A stretch of 32,000 nucleotides of DNA from Bradymonas sediminis (GCF_003258315.1 NZ_CP030032.1:2177804-2209803), one strand, 5' to 3'; positions 18,112 to 25,125 are shown, counted from the stretch's first letter. Notes: generated by a model not told the origin, from the letters alone. Translations and numbers: made by a program.

Positions 18112-18794
18112 GACTCGACCTCCATTTCCAGGTCATCGGCTTCTTCCTCATCGGCATCAACGTCCTTATCTTCGACAACGACCTCACCGCATTCAATCAA
18201 CGCGATAAGCGCCGCCTCCGGGTCGGAGAGCCCACGCACCGGCTCTGCGAAACGCATCAAGGGCGCACGTAACGCGATTTCCATATCCGAAAGACGCTCG
18301 ACAAAACCAAGGCGGTCCAAACCCCTAAGTGCTTTCTGGATCTCCCCGCGCACCTCCCTCTCGGCGACCCGCTCGTCGTGCACCTGACCTCGGCGCGAAT
18401 TCAACGCCTTGAGCAAGCGCTCCTTTCCGACGATATTCGTGAGCAACTCCGTCAGTTGTCCGACCTCAACGAGCCCCACCGACTCCGCCGTCGCCGGGTC
18501 CAAACGCATCAACGCGAGCGCTTGCCCGACGAGCATCTCCGCCGTCGATAGGTGACGCCGACCGAGGCGCGCGCCCGAGGGCAAAAGATAAAAATATGCA
18601 TCGCCGCCTTGCACCAACTCGCAATCAAAGCGGCGATAAAACGTCTCCAAATGATATTGCGCGTCGACCAAAAAGCCGAACCAATCGATATCCTCGCGCC
18701 CAATATGGCGACCGCGCCGCAGTTCAAGGTCGACGTCCGGAAAATGCTCATCCAACACAACATCTTCCAGCGAATTATAAGCCTCACTCCTCAT
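18108..18794 (-). CDS. jetB: Wadjet JetB / MksE, MukE-like subunit
   Basis: 228 aa. …RRGRHIGREDIDWFGFLVDAQYHLETFYRRFDCELV…YFYLLP… resembles MukE, with an acidic C-terminal tail. ATGA overlap with the jetA stop. Confidence 0.85.
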   Translation of the reverse strand: MRSEAYNSLEDVVLDEHFPDVDLELRRGRHIGREDIDWFGFLVDAQYHLETFYRRFDCELVQGGDAYFYLLPSGARLGRRHLSTAEMLVGQALALMRLDPATAESVGLVEVGQLTELLTNIVGKERLLKALNSRRGQVHDERVAEREVRGEIQKALRGLDRLGFVERLSDMEIALRAPLMRFAEPVRGLSDPEAALIALIECGEVVVEDKDVDADEEEADDLEMEVES

Positions 18795-20116
18795 GACTCC
18801 CCTCCAAAATCAGAACGCCACGCCCACTCCTCGATTTCCATCGGCGCGGACTCCAAACGGCACCACTCGCGCTCATGGGGCGCGCGCACCTGAACCCGCT
18901 CCGCGACAAGCGCCGCAATCCGCCCGGCAAAACGATAGCGCTGGGTCGCCGGCATCTCGTGGAGCACCCGTTGCGTCACCTCCACCAACGACTCACACCC
19001 ACTGGCCAACGCCTCATCGACGCGCTCCTCAAGCCGCATCGGAAGAAGGTCCTCCGAGACCAACACTACCGCGCGCTCCCGATCCGCCGTTGGCCGGGTA
19101 ACCGGCGCCCGCTCAACCCGCGAGCGCGCCTCCCGAAACAGCCGAATCGAGGGTTCATCGGCCACCACAAACGCAAAACGCCGCTCAAGCTCAAGCCACC
19201 CGGCGAGTTGGTCGCGCAGGCGTTGGCTGACCGCGCGGTCGGGGTCCAGGCGAACGACTCCGCGCAAAAACCGCTGGATATATTGATAATAATCCGACCA
19301 GGCCCGCTGCCGCTCCCCGCCCCACGCCGCCACCCGTTCCAGGTGCTCCTGAACCCGCTGCGCTTGCTCAACCGCCGCCTCGACCTCCGCATCCATTGCC
19401 AACTGTTCAATATCCTGCAATTGCTCATGCAACAGCGCGCTATCGCGCAACAAAATCTCATTGAGCTCGCTAAGCGTCTCGCTCGTTTTCTCCAGCAGAG
19501 CCTCACACTCTTCCACCGCCGCAAACCAATCCCTCAACAACAACGCGCTAATCTCCTCACGAACCTCCCGCTGCTGCGCATCCATCCCGCGCTGGCGCCG
19601 CTCAATCCCCGCGACCAAATCACCCACCGTCACCCTAAGCGGCTCCACCACATCCGCTCGCCACGCCTGCTCATCCTGCGCCTTGCGCGCATCCACCAAC
19701 ACCGTCCCAAGCTGCGAAATCAACGCCCGCATTAACACCACCAAACTCACTCGAGTCAGCGTCTCGTCTGCCACAAAAAAATCGACCACCGCGACCGCGA
19801 GCTGTGTCAGCGTAAACTCCCCATCGCGCACCACCCCCGCCCCGTCCACCCGCCGCAACAGCCGCTGGTCCCGAAGATGCTGAATCGCATGCGTCGCACG
19901 CTTACTCGGATTCGACGCATCCGGCTCGATGAGTTCACACACTTGCAGATACAAATCCGTTAACTGCTCCCCCGTCAAAGACGCAAAATTCCCATGCTCC
20001 GCCCGCACCCGCAACGCCACCAAATAGCAGAGATGCGCCGGCTCAATCACAAGCCCCACACTCGCCCGACTCAGCTTTCCGAGCACCAGATGAAGGTCCG
20101 TCTGCTCATGCACCAC
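18791..20116 (-). CDS. jetA: Wadjet JetA / MksF, MukF-like kleisin subunit
   Basis: 441 aa. The central block …ISALLLRDWFAAVEECEALLEKTSETLSELNEIL… resembles MukF. GGAGGAGG Shine-Dalgarno sequence directly upstream of tandem GTG codons (20116/20113). Confidence 0.85.
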   Translation of the reverse strand: MVHEQTDLHLVLGKLSRASVGLVIEPAHLCYLVALRVRAEHGNFASLTGEQLTDLYLQVCELIEPDASNPSKRATHAIQHLRDQRLLRRVDGAGVVRDGEFTLTQLAVAVVDFFVADETLTRVSLVVLMRALISQLGTVLVDARKAQDEQAWRADVVEPLRVTVGDLVAGIERRQRGMDAQQREVREEISALLLRDWFAAVEECEALLEKTSETLSELNEILLRDSALLHEQLQDIEQLAMDAEVEAAVEQAQRVQEHLERVAAWGGERQRAWSDYYQYIQRFLRGVVRLDPDRAVSQRLRDQLAGWLELERRFAFVVADEPSIRLFREARSRVERAPVTRPTADRERAVVLVSEDLLPMRLEERVDEALASGCESLVEVTQRVLHEMPATQRYRFAGRIAALVAERVQVRAPHEREWCRLESAPMEIEEWAWRSDFGGES

Positions 20117-20337
20117 CCACCTCCTCCTTCCCCCGGCCGATATATCCGCCCGAGGATTGGCATTATCTCTTCGTACTCAACGAAGTTAGCACGCGCCTCG
20201 GAAGCGCCTCAAGCAAGACCACGCGTTCGAGCACCTCATCGAGCCCAACACATCCGCCGGTTGACCTCACCCCAGCACGTTCCTATCTGTTTCCTCCGAA
20301 CGCACCACACCCACGCTCACCACCCAAGAAGGTCACC

Positions 20338-20698
20338 ATGGACCACGACACCTTCAAAATCGGCCCCGACATGCCCGTCCACCGCCTCGGCTTCGGCGCC
20401 ATGCGCATCACCGGCCCTGGCATCTAGGGCTGGCCCGCAGACCGAGACCGCGACAAAGCCCTCCAGCGACGCGCCGTCGAACTCGGCGTCAAGCTGATTG
20501 ACGCCGCCGAGCCTATAGCCCCGAAGTCAGCGAGTACCTGCTCTGCGACGCTCTCAAACCCTATAAAAATATCAACATCTCCACCAAGAACGGGCTCCTG
20601 CATGCAGGTGCCAACGACTGGTGCCCAAACGGCCCCACCCCAAACACCTCGAGATCGCCCTCAACGACTTGCTGCGACGCTTCGAGGTCGACCAAATC
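20338..20698 (+). pseudogene. aldo/keto reductase pseudogene (nonsense, at least 2 frameshifts, 3' truncation)
   Basis: MDHDTFKIGPDMPVHRLGFGAMRITGPGI then TAG (20425-20427) where AKRs have Trp. Homology continues in shifted frames (…RRAVELGVKLID…, …SPEVSEYLLCDALKPYKNINISTKNG…, …KHLEIALNDLLRRFEVDQI) and stops abruptly near 20698. Confidence 0.8.
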
Positions 20699-21150
20699 TC
20701 CCGAATCCGCTCGAGCAACTCGTCGAAATAGTCTTTGCCGAAGCGTTTGTTTAGCTTGAGACGCCCATCGTCCAGCAGAAAACCCTTGACGATAAACTCG
20801 CGCAAAGTGTTCGTGGCCCAGATGCGAAAATGGGTCGCCTGGGTGCTGTTGACGCGGTAGCCGACCGAGATAATCGCGTCGAGATTATAGTGTGAGATCT
20901 CGCGGGTCACCTCGCGGTTTCCCTCGGTTCAAAATATTCGAACATTTCGAATGGTTGCTTCTTCGATAAGTTCGCCGCTCTTATACACCTGTTTCAGGTG
21001 ATGATTAATTGTTTGCACTTCAACTCCAAAAAGCTCCGCCATCCTCCGCTGCGAAAGCCAAAAGCTCTCGTCTTCATGACGGACTTCGACCCGGACTTTG
21101 CCCTCGGGCGACTCATAGAAGATAAGTTCACTTTTATGGTGATCGGTCAT
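20695..21150 (-). pseudogene. RhuM-family protein pseudogene (in-frame TGA plus C-terminal truncation)
   Basis: Track ORFs 20929-21150 and 20572-20910 are one frame, interrupted only by TGA at 20929-20931: …EEATIRNVRIF*TEGNREVTREISHYNLDAIISVGYRVNSTQATHFRIWATNTLREFIVKGFLLDD…FGKDYFDELLERIREI. RhuM-like sequence ends at about 20695, where it abuts the AKR fragment. Confidence 0.85.
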
Positions 21151-21283
21151 TTTTTCGTGCCCTGTGAAAGTTGCTCAATCCAGACCTCAAAATGCCTGTC
21201 TAGAACTGGCCGATTTAACGGAACAGCTCAAGTTCGGTGAATTCCAACTCTATACAATAATCATGATAGCTCAAATAGTTGGC

Positions 21284-21751
21284 TCACTCCCCTCGCTCCT
21301 CTTTGGCACGCTGCTCTTCGCGATAGAATGCGCGCTCAGCAACGCCAACCTGCCACTCCCAAAACGGTAAAAAAACGTCCTCCTTCTCCTCTTTGAGTTG
21401 GTGCCGTGCTGATTCCATTGCCTCAATAATGACAACAGGAACCTCGCCAAGCGTACCGAACCAAGAACCCGTGCTACGATCTCTCAACGCATAATAAAAT
21501 GCGTCACACTCGTCCGATTCTGACTTCGAAGCCCACTCTAATGCTGGCCGTGCGATAGTTCGCCAAGCGGACGTGCCGATGGCAAAGCCGCTGCTTAGTC
21601 GAGCCAGTTGCAAAGCCGAATCCACCGATACTGCTTGACTGATCTGATATTTCAACTCGTTAGGTACTACTCGGCCGTGCGGATCAACATCCAGAAGAAA
21701 TCCCCCAAGAAAGTCGCGGCTATTACTGCCACTCGCGACGCAGTTCAGCAC
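21284..21751 (-). CDS. hypothetical protein (orphan, lower GC), possibly a fragment
   Basis: 155-aa ORF with no motif I recognise. Its first codons overlap the IS3 orfB remnant on the other strand. Confidence 0.35.
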   Translation of the reverse strand: MLNCVASGSNSRDFLGGFLLDVDPHGRVVPNELKYQISQAVSVDSALQLARLSSGFAIGTSAWRTIARPALEWASKSESDECDAFYYALRDRSTGSWFGTLGEVPVVIIEAMESARHQLKEEKEDVFLPFWEWQVGVAERAFYREEQRAKEERGE

Positions 21752-21900
21752 GCCATTTTGCGGTACTTAATGTGGTCCAATGCACATCACATTTACTCAT
21801 TCAATGACTATGTTTCTCCGATGCAGTTTGAGAGGTTCATATTGACGCGGGAAGCGGCAGCGTAAATGCTTCTATTTTAGTGTCCGAAAGACCGGGGGCA
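21731..21900 (+). mobile_element. IS3-family right-end remnant (C-terminal tail of orfB/integrase plus terminal IR)
   Basis: …TRDAVQHAILRYLMWSNAHHIYSFNDYVSPMQFERF… matches the conserved IS3 OrfB C-terminus pattern (TR…I..YI..YN..R.HS.LGY.SP..FE), stop at 21863-21865. The element ends …GTGTCCGAAAGACCGGGGGCA at 21900 (reverse complement TGCCCCCGGTCTTTCGGACAC), the TG…CA type terminus. Confidence 0.55.
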
Positions 21901-22861
21901 TGCCAGGTCGTCGAGACCGCGGGCGCCGCGCATTTTGTGAACTCTTATGGCGGCGACGCGCACCTGCTGCTCTATTCGAATCGCCGCGCCGACGCGGTCC
22001 TTTTGGACGCGCTCATCGCCACCGAGCCAAAGAGCGACCTCATCCCAAAAATCGTGAAGGGCTTGCAGACAAATCGCACCCGCGGGCGCTGGAATAATGC
22101 CCAGGAGAACGTCTTTATCCTGCTGGCGCTCGACCGCTATTTCGACACCTACGAGAAGCAGACGCCTAATTTTGTGGCCAATATCTGGCTCGGCGACGAC
22201 TTCGTCGGTGAACACGCATTTAAGGGCCGAAGCGCCGATTATCAAAACTCGAGCGTCCTGATGAAAGCGGTGGTCGACAAGACCGTGAAGGCCGCCGATA
22301 TCACCATTAAGAAAAACGGTGAGGGCCGCCTTTATTATCGCCTGGGCATGCGCTACGCGCTTAAATCACTCGCGCAGGAGGCCGCCGATTATGGCTTCGC
22401 GGTCGATCGAAAATACGAGGGCGTTGACAACCCGAAGGACGTCTTCCAGCGCGAAGACGGCACCTGGGAGGTCAAGCTCGGCAGCCGGGTACGTGTGCGC
22501 CTGACGATGGTCGCCCCGACGCGTCGCTATCATGTCGCCCTGGTCGATCCCCTGCCCGCCGGGCTCGAGCCGCTTAACCTCGCCCTGGCCACGACCGAAG
22601 CGGTGCCCGAAGATCCGCATGCGAGTACAGCGCCCACGCCCTATTGGTGGTGGTCGCGGCCCTGGTATTCGCACCAGAACCTTCGCGACGAGCGGGCCGA
22701 GGCGTTTAGCTCACTATTGGGCGCCGGCGTGCACGAGTTCACCTACACCACCCGGGCCACCACACCCGGTGAATTCGTGGTGCCGCCGACCAAGGCCGAG
22801 GAGATGTATAGCCCCGCAGACATTCGGACGAAGTGCGTCGACGAGGATGGTCGTGAAATAG
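21901..22861 (+). pseudogene. alpha-2-macroglobulin family protein, C-terminal ~320 codons only (5'-truncated at the IS end, +1 frameshift near the 3' end)
   Basis: …LLLYSNRRADAVLLDALIATEPKSDLIPKIVKGLQTNRTRGRWNNAQENVFILLALDRYF… and …GEFVVPPTKAEEMYSP are typical bacterial A2M C-terminal domains. The natural ending PQTFGRSASTRMVVK* (stop 22859-22861) lies in the +1 frame after a CCCC run at 22812-22815. Confidence 0.8.
22813..22857 (+). repeat. 45-bp direct repeat, left copy (A2M 3' end; att-like)
   Basis: CCCGCAGACATTCGGACGAAGTGCGTCGACGAGGATGGTCGTGAA is identical to 24035-24079. Confidence 0.95.
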
Positions 22862-22953
22862 GGAATGCCTGCCAACGGGGAGGCTAATTTTGCCTCTAAA
22901 GGGCAATCTAGCTTGACTCTAAGGCAGATGATTCTATAGTCCTAAGCAATATG

Positions 22954-22990
22954 ACCGACGCCTCTGCACATCTTTTGTGTACGCGTCGGT
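22954..22990 (-). terminator. possible terminator hairpin downstream of the Abi gene
   Basis: ACCGACGC (22954-22961) and GCGTCGGT (22983-22990) form an 8-bp stem with additional inner pairing, 20 nt after the abi stop. The U-tract is weak. Confidence 0.3.
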
Positions 22991-23010
22991 TCTCATTTGC
23001 CCACCTTATA

Positions 23011-23937
23011 TTACTGCCAGAGCGACCACGTTTCCCAGTTCTCAAAAGTACCCAGACCGTCTAAATCAAAGCGTTTTGGGAACTCCTCGTTTAGCAATCG
23101 CTGTAGCCGCTGACCCCACGAAGAGGTCGGACAGATGACTTTCAGCAATTGCTGCATAATACAGAAATAGAAAAATGGTCGCTCATGTCGCAGTGCTCTC
23201 GGCCAAGTTGGCGGGCTAGCTGAAAGTTCTGGAACATTGATATTCCATAGTCGACTGTGGTGAGCCGCCACGTTGCGTATAAAGTTCAAACTTCGCAGCC
23301 ATTGTGCAAAAGCCTGCCCATCCGGAGCGCCATAATTTTCAGCGATAATCTGTTTATCGTGATGCTGCATCCCGGCAAATAAGTGTGACAATAAGCCGAA
23401 ATCCCAAATTTCAATGGCGACCCAAATTGGGAGTGAACCGCCATATTCTTGGGCGTGATGCTCGATAAATGGTTGTTTTCGAGCGCGCTGGCGTGCCCTT
23501 TCATATTTAGACAACCATAACTCGTGTTTTGTTCGGCCGTTTCTCATTTTCTTTTTTGCGAAATTGCCATGCAGGTATTTGGGCAATTCATGCGCGCATG
23601 GGTCATATTTTCCAAGCAGATAGGCGACATCGACGCGCACAGCCATCTCGATACGTTCCAATGCATCAAGCGCCAAAAGTCGTAATTTTTTGTCGAAGAC
23701 ATATAAACGCGCCACATCCTCAAAACGGCTCCCCGGCATAAACTCATCTAGCCTCTGTCGGGCCTCAGAGTCTGATGCGTCGATGACGCGTAGTGGATAC
23801 CAATATCCACTTAAACGATAATAACCAATGCGCTGCAAATAATCCGTTGCAGCCGCCACATCCTCAACCAGCAAACCGCGTCCTTGCAATCGCTGCAATT
23901 GCTTTTCATATGAACGCCAAGGTTTGAGAGGTTTCAT
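23011..23937 (-). CDS. Abi_2 family (AbiD/AbiF-like) abortive-infection phage-resistance protein
   Basis: 308 aa. …YLQRIGYYRLSGYWYP…LYVFDKKLRLLALDALERIEMAVR…LPIWVAIEIWDFGLLSHLF…WLRSLNFIRNVAAHHSRLWN… is the characteristic Abi_2 motif series. Visibly lower GC than the flanks. Confidence 0.85.
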   Translation of the reverse strand: MKPLKPWRSYEKQLQRLQGRGLLVEDVAAATDYLQRIGYYRLSGYWYPLRVIDASDSEARQRLDEFMPGSRFEDVARLYVFDKKLRLLALDALERIEMAVRVDVAYLLGKYDPCAHELPKYLHGNFAKKKMRNGRTKHELWLSKYERARQRARKQPFIEHHAQEYGGSLPIWVAIEIWDFGLLSHLFAGMQHHDKQIIAENYGAPDGQAFAQWLRSLNFIRNVAAHHSRLWNINVPELSASPPTWPRALRHERPFFYFCIMQQLLKVICPTSSWGQRLQRLLNEEFPKRFDLDGLGTFENWETWSLWQ

Positions 23938-24034
23938 CGATTTTACTTGGTGAGGGTGTTGGCTCTAGCGAGTACAAATGATCCAGAACGAAAGACTAAA
24001 GCTTCCCGTCAAATTTGGCGAGCAATAGAAATAA

Positions 24035-24079
24035 CCCGCAGACATTCGGACGAAGTGCGTCGACGAGGATGGTCGTGAA
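24035..24079 (+). repeat. 45-bp direct repeat, right copy
   Basis: Identical to 22813-22857. It continues GTGA, so it also encodes …RMVVK* (AAG TGA here versus AAA TAG in the left copy). Confidence 0.95.
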
Positions 24080-24132
24080 GTGATAGATAGACCCGGTCTG
24101 TCATTGCAGTGATTCTATCGATTGAGCAGTTT

Positions 24133-25125
24133 ATGAAACGCGTACTTCTTTTGCACACCGGCGGTACCCTGGGCATGACCGGGCCGCCGCTTTTGCCCGA
24201 CGCCTACTCCGGCGTGCTCACCGAGGCCGTGCCCGAGCTGGAGAAGATCGCCCAGCTCGACACGCGCATCGTGCTAAACCTGGACTCCAGCGACCTGGGG
24301 CCGACGCATTGGACCCTTTTATGCGACGAAATCACGACGCATTATGATGATTATGACGGCTTCGTCATCGTCCATGGCACCGATACGATGGCGTATACCG
24401 CCGGCGCCCTGGCGTTCGCGCTCGTCGGCCTGGACAAACCTGTGATCCTGACCGGCGCGCAGCGCCCGCTGGCGTCGCTGCGCACCGACGCGCGGCGCAA
24501 TTTGGTCGACGCGGTGGAGATGGCAACGCGCGACGTCCCGGAGGTCGCGATTTGTTTTGACGGCCTGCTGCTGCGCGGTTGTTGCAGCACCAAGAGCAAC
24601 GCGCGCGACTACCGCGCGTTTGACAGCCCGGGCATCCCGGCGCTGGCCAAATTGGGCGTGGATATCGACCTCGGCGAGCATATTCGGCGTCCGCGGGTGC
24701 CGTTTGCGCCGGACGCGCGATTTGAGGAGCAAGTCCTGGCCATCAATATGACGCCGGGCTTTCAACCCCAGATGCTCGAGATGCTCCTGGGCATGCCCCA
24801 GCCTCCCCACGGCGTGATTATCGCCGGCTTTGGCTCCGGGACTGTGCCGCGCGAAAAGGGCTCGCTTGCGCCGGCGGTCAAACGCGCGACTGAGATGGGC
24901 ATCGAGGTGCTGGTCATCACCCAATGCTACGGCACCGTCGACCTGGATCTCTACCAAAACAGCCGCCAACTTGCCGAAGCCGGCGCAATCTCCGGCGGTC
25001 GAATGACGCTGGAGGCCGCCGTGCCGAAGTTAATGCACGCCCTCGCCCTCTACCCCGATCCGCACGCCCAACGCGAAGAGCGTTGCGCGTATTTGCAGCG
25101 AAATATTGCGGGTGAATTGGACTAA
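24133..25125 (+). CDS. ansA: L-asparaginase, type I
   Basis: MKRVLLLHTGGTLGM… (TGGT catalytic motif), …VIVHGTDTMAYTA…. ATG at 24133 is preferred over the track's GTG at 24109. Confidence 0.88.
   Translation: MKRVLLLHTGGTLGMTGPPLLPDAYSGVLTEAVPELEKIAQLDTRIVLNLDSSDLGPTHWTLLCDEITTHYDDYDGFVIVHGTDTMAYTAGALAFALVGLDKPVILTGAQRPLASLRTDARRNLVDAVEMATRDVPEVAICFDGLLLRGCCSTKSNARDYRAFDSPGIPALAKLGVDIDLGEHIRRPRVPFAPDARFEEQVLAINMTPGFQPQMLEMLLGMPQPPHGVIIAGFGSGTVPREKGSLAPAVKRATEMGIEVLVITQCYGTVDLDLYQNSRQLAEAGAISGGRMTLEAAVPKLMHALALYPDPHAQREERCAYLQRNIAGELD

Noticed and set aside
20117-20337. Defined promoter for jetA
   Set aside because: Only weak -35/-10 candidates were seen (for example TGCTAA-18-GATAAT on the minus strand). 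That is not convincing enough to annotate. The GGAGGAGG ribosome-binding site is the only solid signal.
19994-20497. 167-aa plus-strand ORF spanning the jetA start and the AKR pseudogene
   Set aside because: It runs across a promoter/RBS region and out of frame through the AKR fragment. It is Pro/His/Arg-rich and not coding-like.
20929-20931. In-frame TGA in the RhuM gene as selenocysteine or programmed read-through
   Set aside because: There is no SECIS-like hairpin immediately downstream. The gene is also 3'-truncated and sits among other pseudogenes, so a simple nonsense mutation is more parsimonious.
22924-22938. Short similarity GCAG(A)TGATTCTAT, also at 24106-24119, as an extension of the 45-bp repeat
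   Set aside because: It is only about 14 nt, has an indel and lies at different distances from the repeat copies. It is likely chance.
22858-24034. Integrase, transposase or inverted repeats belonging to the Abi cassette
   Set aside because: I looked on both strands. Only the Abi_2 ORF is present and no terminal inverted repeats are evident, so the cassette is not called as an autonomous mobile element.
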